DNA from: a virus
IMG/VR virus record: IMGVR_UViG_3300022921_001386
Length of the DNA stretch: 64,000 nucleotides
Reading direction: 5' to 3' (one strand)
This document shows positions 27,692 through 37,002 of this stretch, in pieces. Position 1 is the first letter of the stretch, and each line of letters starts with the position of its first letter. The translations under genes and the position numbers were made by a program. The notes under the pieces were generated by a model that was not told the origin of the DNA, did no database searches, and saw only the letters and a program-made list of their open reading frames with translations.

Positions 27692-28096
27692 ATGAAAAAT
27701 TTTATTAAAAAAATAACAGGTATTACTGCTCGAGAAGAAGCACTTGAAGCAGCAGAAATACGCATCGTAGAAGAAGAAATGCAACTTCTCAAAAAGAAAG
27801 ATCCAAAAGAATATGCTACACGCCGCAAAGAGCCTTGGGTAAATGTTCTTGATATGCAAGTAAACGAAGAGAACATCCGAAATGGGTTTTTCGAACTTGA
27901 TTGGAATGACTTGTTTATTAAAGAACTCATTACTAATGGGTACGGCACTAATGATGATCCACAAGAAGAAATTGTAGATCGTTGGTTCCGTGATATTGTG
28001 TATAACATGTTAGCAGAAGAAGGCATGGACACAGATCGAGGTGCTGGTTACATTAATGTTGTACCTATTGACAAAGGACGCAGTGAAGTATCATGA
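27692..28096 (+). CDS. Hypothetical phage protein
   Basis: EPWV.V, GFFELDWN, EEIVDRWF. Confidence 0.75.
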   Translation: MKNFIKKITGITAREEALEAAEIRIVEEEMQLLKKKDPKEYATRRKEPWVNVLDMQVNEENIRNGFFELDWNDLFIKELITNGYGTNDDPQEEIVDRWFRDIVYNMLAEEGMDTDRGAGYINVVPIDKGRSEVS

Positions 28097-28109
28097 AATA
28101 CATTATAAC

Positions 28110-28138
28110 TTGACAAACGATGATTTTAATGCTACAAT
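28110..28138 (+). promoter_or_regulatory. Sigma70-type promoter
   Basis: TTGACA-17 bp-TACAAT with extended TG. Confidence 0.75.
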
Positions 28139-28174
28139 CAGTAATAACATTAAACAAATAACAGAGGCATCTAA

Positions 28175-29158
28175 ATGAGCACTTATATCTTAGTAGATAC
28201 AGCAAACACATTCTTTCGTGCAAGACATGTAGTACGTGGTGATCTTGATACTAAACTCGGCATGGCACTACATATTACACTTAATAGTGTAAAGAAAGCA
28301 TGGTTGGACTTTAATGCAGATCATGTTGTGTTCTGCTTAGAAGGCCGTAGTTGGCGCAAGGATTACTACGAGCCTTACAAGCGTAATCGTAAAGAACATC
28401 GCGATGCAATGACTGTACAACAGCAAGAAGAAGATACATTGTTTTGGGAGATCTTTGATGAGTTTAAAGACTTTATTGGCAATAAAACTAACTGTACTGT
28501 AATGCAAAATCCTGTACTAGAAGCAGATGACTTGATTGCAGGCTGGGTGCAGGCACATCCTAATGACAATCATGTTATTATCAGCACAGACGGTGACTTT
28601 GCACAACTTATTGCTCCTAATGTTAGACAGTACAATGGGGTAAGTAATACTACTATTACAGTTGAAGGATACTTTGATGACAAAGGCAAGCCCGTCTTGG
28701 ATAAGAAGACAAAGGAGCCAAAGCCTGCTCCAGAACCTGAATTCATGTTGTTTGAAAAATGTATGCGTGGCGACACTAGTGACAATGTGTTTAGCGCCTA
28801 TCCAGGTGTTAGAAAAAAAGGCACAAAAAACAAAGTTGGACTCCTAGAAGCATTTGCTGACAAAACTACAAAAGGCTTTAGTTGGAATAATATGATGTTG
28901 CAACGCTGGACTGATCATGAAGGCGTAGAACATCGTGTACTAGATGATTATACACGCAATGTTACATTGTGTGATTTAACTGCGCAGCCCGAACATATCA
29001 GACAAGAAATAGATAACACTGTTGCAGAAGTTAAACCTAAAGACATTACACAAGTTGGCATGCGTCTTATGAAGTTTTGTGCTAAATGGGATATGCAACG
29101 TATTGCAGACCAAGCAGCGAGTTATGCAGATCCATTACAAGCGAGATATCCACAATGA
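28175..29158 (+). CDS. rnh: T4 RNase H-like 5'-3' exonuclease/flap endonuclease
   Basis: LVDTAN, YKRNR, EADDLI, STDGDF.QL, GDTSDNV. Confidence 0.9.
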   Translation: MSTYILVDTANTFFRARHVVRGDLDTKLGMALHITLNSVKKAWLDFNADHVVFCLEGRSWRKDYYEPYKRNRKEHRDAMTVQQQEEDTLFWEIFDEFKDFIGNKTNCTVMQNPVLEADDLIAGWVQAHPNDNHVIISTDGDFAQLIAPNVRQYNGVSNTTITVEGYFDDKGKPVLDKKTKEPKPAPEPEFMLFEKCMRGDTSDNVFSAYPGVRKKGTKNKVGLLEAFADKTTKGFSWNNMMLQRWTDHEGVEHRVLDDYTRNVTLCDLTAQPEHIRQEIDNTVAEVKPKDITQVGMRLMKFCAKWDMQRIADQAASYADPLQARYPQ

Positions 29159-29628
29159 CTATGAAAGCTAAACCAGTACTAGAAAATAAATTCTGGATCG
29201 TTGAAGAAGAAGGATTACGAGTCGGTACTCTTTCAAAAAACGATGAAGGATTTGTTGTTAGTCAAAAAGGTTCTGTTAAGTTTTATCGAAGTGAAAATCA
29301 GTTAAAAAAGACATTTGGAAAAAACTTTTTAGTTGCAAATATTAAAAATGAAACTAAACATTCAAACAGAGAAGTACACGGATATCCAACCCGTACAACT
29401 CCTTACAACAGCATGTACGATATTAAACATAAACTGCCATTGTTTACTAAAAGTAAAAAGTCTAAAAGTGTATATTGTGCTGGATATTATCTTGTTAAGT
29501 TTAATGTTAACTGGCTTAAAAGTTACTGTCCAAAGCTAATTACTATTGAACGTAATGAATATTTAGGTCCATACAAGACTGAGTTAGAAATGAAAGCAGC
29601 ACTAAGCAATGTCAACAGATCCTATTAA
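29155..29628 (+). CDS. Hypothetical phage protein
   Basis: Start re-assigned to MTMKAKPV; YCAGYY, CPKLIT, GPYKT. Confidence 0.75.
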   Translation: MTMKAKPVLENKFWIVEEEGLRVGTLSKNDEGFVVSQKGSVKFYRSENQLKKTFGKNFLVANIKNETKHSNREVHGYPTRTTPYNSMYDIKHKLPLFTKSKKSKSVYCAGYYLVKFNVNWLKSYCPKLITIERNEYLGPYKTELEMKAALSNVNRSY

Positions 29629-29851
29629 TACAATGCCAATACAGCAGCTGATCCAAATGGTGAAAGCTGCTGAACAAAGTAAAGCAAGAGAAATAAGACT
29701 TGATATAAATCAAGCAAAAATATTAGCACTTACATTAGGCGAAGTTATGGCAAGGTTACATGGAGATTTAGAAAAAATCATTGATAGTAAACTTGAAAAG
29801 CTCAATGAAGATCAAATCATTGAAGTAAATATGGACTCTGGGGCTTGGTAA
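29609..29851 (+). CDS. Hypothetical phage protein
   Basis: Coupled ORF ending VNMDSGAW. Confidence 0.7.
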   Translation: MSTDPINTMPIQQLIQMVKAAEQSKAREIRLDINQAKILALTLGEVMARLHGDLEKIIDSKLEKLNEDQIIEVNMDSGAW

Positions 29852-29854
29852 AAA

Positions 29855-29862
29855 GATAAATA
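29855..29862 (+). promoter_or_regulatory. T4-like late promoter candidate GATAAATA
   Basis: Intergenic; one mismatch to TATAAATA. Confidence 0.4.
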
Positions 29863-29890
29863 TATGCGTAGTTAATAAAGGACACGCATT

Positions 29891-30178
29891 ATGAGTAGAC
29901 CAAAACCAGTTATTAGACTTGAGTATACAAATAAAGTCACCTACAAATGTGAACAAATTTTAGATGCAGAAGCTATTTGGGCAGTGTTCTATCAAGATAA
30001 ACCATTTAATTTGAAAAGTTCAAATGCATTGACCAACTATCCAGGTCCTAAATATAAGAAAACTAGTTTTTCAAATCCTGGACATGCACATAATCTAGCT
30101 AAAAAACTAAACAATATGTTTAACTGCAATGACTTTTCGGTATATATGTTATCTGAAGGTGAGAAGTTGTTTGACTGA
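29891..30178 (+). CDS. Hypothetical phage protein
   Basis: MSRPKP, KYKKTSFSNPGHAHNLAKKLN. Confidence 0.75.
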   Translation: MSRPKPVIRLEYTNKVTYKCEQILDAEAIWAVFYQDKPFNLKSSNALTNYPGPKYKKTSFSNPGHAHNLAKKLNNMFNCNDFSVYMLSEGEKLFD

Positions 30179-30581
30179 CAAAGTTACCTATACTAAACTT
30201 TTTTTAAAAGAACTTAATAAAAGTTATAATGATATTAACGTAAAAGAATACATGCCATTGTGGTGGCAGAATACACGTACCAAAGGCAATGGTGGTCTAA
30301 GACTCACAGAAGAAGGGTTTGATGTCATCAATCAAATTGGCATTACTACATATGATATACCTTATCCAAGAGACATTCCTCTAACCACACAGATTATAAT
30401 ACACCTTGATAAGTTTATAACTTGTCCATATTATCTTACAAATCGAAGTATAACGGTTACAGATGAACGTAAAGCAATCGAGCTTGGGCTGTTTAGTGGT
30501 GATTTACGCAAGTATGGATTGACTAAAGCAATGAATAGACAGAATCAAGATGAGATTTCCGCAGGCAGCAGAGCAGACTAA
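30171..30581 (+). CDS. Hypothetical phage protein
   Basis: Probable TTG start at 30171; WWQN.R...GGLRLTEEG, CPYY. Confidence 0.65.
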   Translation: MTDKVTYTKLFLKELNKSYNDINVKEYMPLWWQNTRTKGNGGLRLTEEGFDVINQIGITTYDIPYPRDIPLTTQIIIHLDKFITCPYYLTNRSITVTDERKAIELGLFSGDLRKYGLTKAMNRQNQDEISAGSRAD

Positions 30582-30604
30582 TCTATATTGGATCGGTCAA
30601 GGTG

Positions 30605-30638
30605 AAGGGAGTAGTTGCCGCTACTCCCTTTTTCTTTT
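30605..30638 (+). terminator. Rho-independent terminator
   Basis: AAGGGAGTAG-TTGCCG-CTACTCCCTT followed by a T tract. Confidence 0.9.
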
Positions 30639-30679
30639 ATAATAAAATAAAAAAATATCAAAAAACTTTACTTTAAAGG

Positions 30680-30708
30680 TTGACACTAATAGCAGTTAAT
30701 GCTATTGT
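30680..30708 (+). promoter_or_regulatory. Strong early-type promoter with A-rich UP region
   Basis: TTGACA-17 bp-TATTGT, extended TG, A-tracts upstream. Confidence 0.7.
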
Positions 30709-30748
30709 ACTGTATAGGCACTGAACACAAATCTAAAAGGAATATAAA

Positions 30749-31834
30749 ATGTCAGACGTAATTCGCACCGTTTCTCCAAATAAAGCAAAAAACGCTCTTC
30801 GTCATGCAATGCAAAAGAAGCGTCCTGTTTTTCTTTGGGGACCTCCAGGTATTGGTAAATCCGATATTGTAGAACAGATTACTGCAAGTTTTTCTAACTC
30901 GCATCTTATTGATATTCGGTTGAGTCTTTGGGATCCAACTGACATTAAGGGTATTCCATACTTTGACAGTAATAATGTTAAAATGGCATGGGGTGCTCCA
31001 AGTGAACTGCCAGATCAAGAAATGGCAGCACAATACGACAATATTGTACTTTTCTTAGATGAAATGAACTCAGCGGCACCTGCTGTGCAAGCGGCAGCAT
31101 ACCAGCTAATCCTTAACCGTCGTGTAGGTACTTATAAACTACCTGACAATGTTATTATTGTTGCAGCCGGCAATCGCGAAAGCGATAAAGGTGTTACATA
31201 TCGTATGCCTGCGCCGTTGGCTAACCGCTTTGTACACTTGGAACTTGCTGTCAACTTCGATGACTGGTTTGAGTGGAGTGTTAACAATAATATCCACAAA
31301 GACGTTGTAGGTTACTTGACGTTTGCAAAAAAAGACTTGTATGATTTTGATCCAAAGTCAGCAAGCCGTTCGTTTGCAACGCCACGTAGTTGGTCTTTTG
31401 TTAGTGAACTAATCGCAGACGAAATTGACGATAATACAACTACTGACTTGGTTGCAGGTACAGTAGGTGAAGGTCTTGCTGTCAAGTTTATGGCACACCG
31501 TAAGGTTGCCTCAAGTATGCCAAACCCAACAGATATTCTAGCAGGTAAAGTAAAAGAGCTAAAAACTAAAGAAATCAGTGCTATGTATTCCTTAACAGTT
31601 TCACTCTGCTACGAACTGAAAGAAGCATGTGATAAAAATGACAAGAAGTTCGATGACAAAGTAAATAACTTCCTGCGCTTTGCAATGGACAATTTTGATG
31701 TTGAATTGGTTGTTATGGGTGTCAAACTTGCTATTACCCAATATGCACTTCCTATCGATCCAGACGAAGTGGAATGCTTTGATGAGTTCCACGATCGCTA
31801 TGGTAAGTATATTAAGGCAGCGCAACAGGTTTAA
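30749..31834 (+). CDS. MoxR-like AAA+ ATPase
   Basis: GPPGIGKS (Walker A), LFLDEMN (Walker B), AAGN, ANRF. Confidence 0.92.
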   Translation: MSDVIRTVSPNKAKNALRHAMQKKRPVFLWGPPGIGKSDIVEQITASFSNSHLIDIRLSLWDPTDIKGIPYFDSNNVKMAWGAPSELPDQEMAAQYDNIVLFLDEMNSAAPAVQAAAYQLILNRRVGTYKLPDNVIIVAAGNRESDKGVTYRMPAPLANRFVHLELAVNFDDWFEWSVNNNIHKDVVGYLTFAKKDLYDFDPKSASRSFATPRSWSFVSELIADEIDDNTTTDLVAGTVGEGLAVKFMAHRKVASSMPNPTDILAGKVKELKTKEISAMYSLTVSLCYELKEACDKNDKKFDDKVNNFLRFAMDNFDVELVVMGVKLAITQYALPIDPDEVECFDEFHDRYGKYIKAAQQV

Positions 31835-31842
31835 GTTGGTAC

Positions 31843-31877
31843 ATAATGGGCAGTTTCGGCTGCCCATTATTCTATTT
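31843..31877 (+). terminator. Hairpin terminator with UUCG loop
   Basis: ATAATGGGCAGT-TTCG-GCTGCCCATTAT then TCTATTT. Confidence 0.8.
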
Positions 31878-31882
31878 AAAGG

Positions 31883-31910
31883 TTGACATTAATAGTAAAT
31901 ATGTTATATT
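31883..31910 (+). promoter_or_regulatory. Early-type promoter
   Basis: TTGACA-16 bp-TATATT with extended TG; same flanks as the 30680 promoter. Confidence 0.65.
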
Positions 31911-31940
31911 AAATATATAACACTTATATGAGGTGAGGAC

Positions 31941-33233
31941 ATGGCTACTAAAGATACAGCAAGTAAACTAAAAAACTGGACGCCAAATCCAGATATTACT
32001 CCAAACGAACTAGAAGCAATGCGTGTAGAAGTACTTGACCGCATTATTGTTGCACGAATAGGGTTGCTACTACATCATCCGTTCTTTGGTAACATGGCTA
32101 CACGTTTACGTATTCAGGCAGCAGATGAATGGCTAGGTACTGCCGCTGTAGATGGCAGAAACTTATACTTTAATACGCAATTCTTTAATGCTATGAATAA
32201 CAAAGAAATTGAGTTTGTTATTGCACATGAGATTTTGCATTGCGTATTTGATCACTTAGGACGGCGTGATGACCGTAATCCTATGTTGTATAACATTGCC
32301 GCAGACTACATTGTAAACAATCTACTTGTACGTGATCGTATTGGTGTCAAGCCTAGTATCGTAGATTGTTATCAAGACTTTAAATATGAAGGTTGGACTA
32401 GTGAAGAAGTCTATGACGAGCTGTTCGAAGAAGCTAAAAAGAACGGTGAAGAAGCACTCAAGCAACTTGGCGAAATGTTAGACGAACATTTGGATCTAGA
32501 AGGTGACGGCACAGGCGATGGTGACGAAGAAGGCAACGGTGACGGCAAAGGGCGTCCGCGTTATAGCAAAGCAGAACTAGATCAAATTCGCGACGAAGTA
32601 AAAGAAGCAATGATTAATGCTGCACAGACGGCAGGTGCGGGTAATGTTCCTGCAGGTGTTCGACGTATGATCAAAGATCTTACAGAGCCTAAGATGAACT
32701 GGCGTGAGCTTATTCGTCAGCAAATCCAAAGTACTATCAAAAGCGACTTTACATTTAGCCGCCCTTCACGCAAAGGTTGGCACACTGGTGCAATACTTCC
32801 AGGTATGGATTTCCAAGATACTATTGACCTGTGTATCTGCATTGACATGTCGGGTAGTATTGGTAATAGTCAGGCAGCTGACTTCTTAGGTGAAATACAA
32901 GGCATTATGGATGAGTTCAAAGACTATAAGATCAAGTTATGGTGTTTTGATACTAAAGTTTATAACGAGCAAGACTTTAGTGCAGACAATGGTGAAAACC
33001 TATACGACTATGAAATCTTAGGTGGCGGCGGCACTGACTTTATGGTGAACTGGACTTACATGAAAGACAATGACATCCAGCCTAAGAAGTTTATTATGTT
33101 CACAGATGGATATGCTTGGGATAGCTGGGGTGATGAAGATTATTGTGAGACAGTATTTGTTATTCACTCACACCATGATAAAAACTTACAAGCGCCGTTT
33201 GGTGTTACAGCACATTATGAGGAGGCGGCTTGA
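31941..33233 (+). CDS. Metallopeptidase-like plus VWA domain protein (DUF2201 family), MoxR partner
   Basis: AHEILH (HExxH), NIAADY, IDMSGS (MIDAS), GGGGTDF, FTDG. Confidence 0.9.
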   Translation: MATKDTASKLKNWTPNPDITPNELEAMRVEVLDRIIVARIGLLLHHPFFGNMATRLRIQAADEWLGTAAVDGRNLYFNTQFFNAMNNKEIEFVIAHEILHCVFDHLGRRDDRNPMLYNIAADYIVNNLLVRDRIGVKPSIVDCYQDFKYEGWTSEEVYDELFEEAKKNGEEALKQLGEMLDEHLDLEGDGTGDGDEEGNGDGKGRPRYSKAELDQIRDEVKEAMINAAQTAGAGNVPAGVRRMIKDLTEPKMNWRELIRQQIQSTIKSDFTFSRPSRKGWHTGAILPGMDFQDTIDLCICIDMSGSIGNSQAADFLGEIQGIMDEFKDYKIKLWCFDTKVYNEQDFSADNGENLYDYEILGGGGTDFMVNWTYMKDNDIQPKKFIMFTDGYAWDSWGDEDYCETVFVIHSHHDKNLQAPFGVTAHYEEAA

Positions 33234-33508
33234 AACTAAAAGACCCTAATCCTCTCGATGTATTAGATATAAGGAGGGTAGATTTTTGCCCTCCTCATTT
33301 TACTACAATAAGTATTCCACGTAGATATAACTTGGATCAAGTAATATGTGACTGGATTACTGAAAATCTATCCGGAAGATACTTTTTTGGTAACTCTATT
33401 CAGTTAGATGAAGTAAACAATCTTGTACAGCAACATTATATTGGATTTGAAAGTTCAAAAGAACTTAGCTTCTTTATGCTGGCTTGTCCACATTTGAAGT
33501 ACAACTAA
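33230..33508 (+). CDS. Hypothetical phage protein
   Basis: TTG start overlapping the previous stop; IGFE..KELSFFMLACP. Confidence 0.7.
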   Translation: MKLKDPNPLDVLDIRRVDFCPPHFTTISIPRRYNLDQVICDWITENLSGRYFFGNSIQLDEVNNLVQQHYIGFESSKELSFFMLACPHLKYN

Positions 33509-33517
33509 AACACTGGT

Positions 33518-33525
33518 TATAAATA
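33518..33525 (+). promoter_or_regulatory. T4-like late promoter TATAAATA
   Basis: Exact consensus, intergenic, 20 bp before the ATG. Confidence 0.6.
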
Positions 33526-33545
33526 AATTATACAAGGAGTAAAAT

Positions 33546-33785
33546 ATGACCGAAAATACACAAGCAAATGAATTAAATATTCAAGATTTAGCATTAGCAA
33601 GAGCTGTTATCGAACTTGCAACAGAACGTGGTACATTTAAGGCTAATGAGTTGGCTAATGTAGGTGCGTTATATAATAAACTAGATGCTTTCTTAAAAGA
33701 AGTAGAAGCACAAGCCAAAGCAGCAAAAGAAGGTGCTGAAGCAGCAATGACAGAAACTCCACAGGAGAATGAAGATGGCGCTTAA
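33546..33785 (+). CDS. Hypothetical phage protein
   Basis: AGGAG RBS; LNIQDL...ERGTFKANE..VG.LYNKL. Confidence 0.75.
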   Translation: MTENTQANELNIQDLALARAVIELATERGTFKANELANVGALYNKLDAFLKEVEAQAKAAKEGAEAAMTETPQENEDGA

Positions 33786-34416
33786 ACATGTAGGCAGAGT
33801 TGCTGCCAATAGACGTAAAGTAGTTGTAGCATATCGAGTTATTCCAGGCGATCCTGATAACTGCTTGGTTGTACAAACAGAAAATCTTAGTGCAGACGAA
33901 CATGACAGTTTGATTAGAGTTGTTGAATCTGCTGCCGGTCAAGAAGCATACGAGTTTGCAGAAGCAATGGCTCGTGCATATTTGCCAGATGGACGTAATA
34001 TGTTGGCAGGATTTCAACAAACAGGCAAGTTGAGAAAAGTTCCAACCCAAGCTATTGAAATGACGCCAAATGGTAACACCAACATTGCTCTTAATGTACT
34101 AAACAGTACTATTGCGGAACAAAAAGGTGTTACAGTAAACGACTTGGCACTTAAAGGCCCAGGTGGTCAAACTGCTCCACAGCCAAGTAATCAATCAGAG
34201 CCAGCTGTTGATCCTACCGCAGTTTATACTAACGAAACTACAGTCTCTACAGACGGTGTACTTGATGATAACGCACTTGCGGCGCAATACAGATCACAAG
34301 CAGATGCTTTGTATAAAGAAGCAAAAGCACTCCGAGCACAAGCTGAAGAATTAGTACCAACCATCAAGAAGAAAGCAAAGGTGACAGAAAAGAAAACTGA
34401 AACCAGTGACGGATAA
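33775..34416 (+). CDS. Hypothetical phage protein
   Basis: MALKHVG start; coupled. Confidence 0.75.
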   Translation: MALKHVGRVAANRRKVVVAYRVIPGDPDNCLVVQTENLSADEHDSLIRVVESAAGQEAYEFAEAMARAYLPDGRNMLAGFQQTGKLRKVPTQAIEMTPNGNTNIALNVLNSTIAEQKGVTVNDLALKGPGGQTAPQPSNQSEPAVDPTAVYTNETTVSTDGVLDDNALAAQYRSQADALYKEAKALRAQAEELVPTIKKKAKVTEKKTETSDG

Positions 34417-34699
34417 AAACAAAGACGAGTATTGGGAAGAAATACTAAATGATATTGATATGGATTATATTCCATTAGAATATATCAATACTGTCATTGT
34501 TGGGTTTATTGATGGGAAAGAATGGGAAATTGATATCAAAAAAACCAAACAATCTACCGACGATGTTGATTCTATACTAGAAGAGTTTTTTAAAGAATAT
34601 GATGAAACAATCGATAAGGTTGATTTTAGATTAGATACTGAACGTTTAAAAAAAGACATTCAAAAAAGAACAACACGGTTTCTTAAAGTAAACAAATGA
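34406..34699 (+). CDS. Acidic hypothetical protein
   Basis: GTG start; WEEILNDID...IPLEY. Confidence 0.65.
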   Translation: MTDKNKDEYWEEILNDIDMDYIPLEYINTVIVGFIDGKEWEIDIKKTKQSTDDVDSILEEFFKEYDETIDKVDFRLDTERLKKDIQKRTTRFLKVNK

Positions 34700-35250
34700 T
34701 AACTAAAATTGATTTAGATATCGATTATAACAAAATTATCGATACGTATAACAGTTTAAATATAGACCATTTACTCCAAAGTAACTTGAAACAAGTTGCT
34801 TTACAATGTAGAAAAGGCTGTCCATCAGACATACAATTGTATGAAAGTTGTGGCAGTCTTTTTTATGACTGGGTAGAATATGATAAAAATCCTAATGGAA
34901 AACTGCCATTAAGAAAAAAAATATACAAACAAGAAGACTTTACAGAGTTATGCAATATCTATAAAAACACCTATTTTAAAACTGTTGTAGAAAAAATTAA
35001 TCAACAATACAATATTACAAGAGGCAGGTTTATGCTAATGGAACATAAGACTTGTTTAACTTATCACACAGATCAATCTCCAAGAATACATATTCCGATC
35101 TATACAAACGAAAACTGTATGATGATCATTAACGATCAAGTTGTAAGACTTCCATTTGGCAATACATATCTTGTAAATACCAGATTGCAACATACTGCAA
35201 TAAATGCAAGTAAATATGCTCGTGTACATTTAGTTTTTTGTATTTCTTAA
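34696..35250 (+). CDS. Aspartyl/asparaginyl beta-hydroxylase-like 2OG-Fe(II) oxygenase
   Basis: RGRFM, CLTYHTD, RIHIPIYTN, HTAINAS, RVHLV. Confidence 0.75.
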   Translation: MITKIDLDIDYNKIIDTYNSLNIDHLLQSNLKQVALQCRKGCPSDIQLYESCGSLFYDWVEYDKNPNGKLPLRKKIYKQEDFTELCNIYKNTYFKTVVEKINQQYNITRGRFMLMEHKTCLTYHTDQSPRIHIPIYTNENCMMIINDQVVRLPFGNTYLVNTRLQHTAINASKYARVHLVFCIS

Positions 35251-35272
35251 GAAATAGTTTCTGTACAGATAT

Positions 35273-35280
35273 GATAAATA
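35273..35280 (+). promoter_or_regulatory. T4-like late promoter candidate GATAAATA
   Basis: Upstream of the tail fibre gene. Confidence 0.5.
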
Positions 35281-35308
35281 TATAAAACAGTACCTAGGAG
35301 ACTTTAAC

Positions 35309-36991
35309 ATGGCTTTAAAGCTAAGACGCGGAACAGAAGCAAACAGGACAAGTATTACGCCGGCAGAGGGCGAAATAATATATGTTACTGATACTAAAAA
35401 ACTATACGTTGGCGATGGAATTACACCCGGAGGTGTACTACAAGGTGGTAGTGGCGGAAGTTTAACTGGTATTACCGATAATGCTACAGCATCGGTGTTA
35501 ACACTCGGTGACGCAAACATTAGTATTGATGTTGATTTAAGTATTACTGGACAAGAAATTGTCGGTGATGGTGATATTAATATATCAGGAGATATTACGG
35601 CAAGCGGTGCAGGTACTGGCATAATAACCGCTAATAGTTTCATAGGTGATGTAACAGGTAATGTAACAGGTAATGTTGTTGGAACTGTAACAGGTACATT
35701 TGATGGTGATATGACTGGTAGTGTGTTCGGCGACGATAGCACATTACTAGTAGACGGTGTTAATAGTAGCATAAATGTAGAAAGATATAAAAGTACATCT
35801 AACGACTACAATTTTGGAAATGATAATAACGCTGTGTCATCTAGAATTGTAGTAAACTCAGTTAACAACCTCGGCGCTTTACAACTTCAAAGAGAAAGTG
35901 AATTAGATTTAACTGGAGATACTGCAATAAACTACGGTATGATACGATTTTCGAGAAATGATTCCAATGGATTATTGGAAACAGGGATAATCGTAGGTAG
36001 AGAAAATGCCTTGTTATTTTCATCATCATCAACTGGTTCTTTTGTAGATCCTACTGACTATTTTGCATTTAAGGAAAAAAAGTTTGGTATTGGTACAATT
36101 ACTCCAACTGAATCATTAGATGTAGTCGGTAATGCTAAAGCATCAGGCTTTATACAAACAGGATCATTTACAACGGAAGAACGTGACGCACTCACAGGTG
36201 CCGAAGGTATGATGATCTATAACACTACAACCAGTAGATATCAAATATTTGAAGCTGGCAACTGGTTAAACATGCGTGAAGTATCTAGTGGTGGCGGCGG
36301 CAGTACTGACAACTATTCACACTGGAATATCACAGCAGACGATAGTACATTAAGAGTTGTTAACGGTCAAGAAACTATTGGCATACTAGGCGGAACTAAT
36401 ATTACTACAACAAGTGATGCAGAAGGTAATATAACTATTACCAATACAGTAGTAGATTTTACTGATTTAGGTGTAACTCCAACAACACTAGCAGGATACG
36501 GCATTACAGATGCTATACAAGCAGGATCTGCATTTGATATAAAAGGTAGTGTGTTTGCTGACGATAGTAGTACTATGATAGACGGAGCGGCTGGAAAGAT
36601 TATCGGTCCTATCGAAACAACTAACGCAGTTATTTCAGGAACAATAGATAGCGCAGACTCAAGTGCAATCACATTTATTCCTGCTGTTGTTATGAACAGC
36701 GATGTTACTATAGAAAACAATCTTATAGTTACAAACAAGATTATTGCAGATACAATCGAAGTTGAAAATATTATTACCAATGCCAGCGGAACACCAGAGA
36801 TATCAAGTGACACTGATATTATTCTTGCAGCAGGAACAAGAGTTGAGGTATCGAGTAGTCCGTTTAAACTAGCAAGTTTTACTACTGTAGAACGTGATGC
36901 ACTAGCTGCCGAAAACGGCGATATGATTTACAATACAACTGACAACAAATTCCAAGGATATGAGAACGGTGCTTGGGCTAACTTAATCTAA
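35309..36991 (+). CDS. Tail fibre/virion protein with Mtd N-terminal-like domain
   Basis: ALKLRRGT...EGE.IYVTDTKKLYVGDG; G/T/S-rich; PTTLAGYGITDA; internal repeats. Confidence 0.8.
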   Translation: MALKLRRGTEANRTSITPAEGEIIYVTDTKKLYVGDGITPGGVLQGGSGGSLTGITDNATASVLTLGDANISIDVDLSITGQEIVGDGDINISGDITASGAGTGIITANSFIGDVTGNVTGNVVGTVTGTFDGDMTGSVFGDDSTLLVDGVNSSINVERYKSTSNDYNFGNDNNAVSSRIVVNSVNNLGALQLQRESELDLTGDTAINYGMIRFSRNDSNGLLETGIIVGRENALLFSSSSTGSFVDPTDYFAFKEKKFGIGTITPTESLDVVGNAKASGFIQTGSFTTEERDALTGAEGMMIYNTTTSRYQIFEAGNWLNMREVSSGGGGSTDNYSHWNITADDSTLRVVNGQETIGILGGTNITTTSDAEGNITITNTVVDFTDLGVTPTTLAGYGITDAIQAGSAFDIKGSVFADDSSTMIDGAAGKIIGPIETTNAVISGTIDSADSSAITFIPAVVMNSDVTIENNLIVTNKIIADTIEVENIITNASGTPEISSDTDIILAAGTRVEVSSSPFKLASFTTVERDALAAENGDMIYNTTDNKFQGYENGAWANLI

Positions 36992-37002
36992 GGGCTAGAA
37001 AT

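Noticed and set aside
27201-27695. 164-aa alternative-frame ORF overlapping queE
   Set aside because: Mostly a shadow of queE with no recognisable motifs; only the last 30 codons (27603-27695) might be a real minigene
30550-30600. Imperfect hairpin (30576-30598) and a 30-codon ORF before the terminator, as a possible sRNA or peptide
   Set aside because: Weak stem with a mismatch and G-U pairs; no promoter or RBS support
35309-36991. Diversity-generating retroelement suggested by the Mtd-like N-terminus
   Set aside because: No reverse transcriptase and no TR/VR pair differing at adenines in the window
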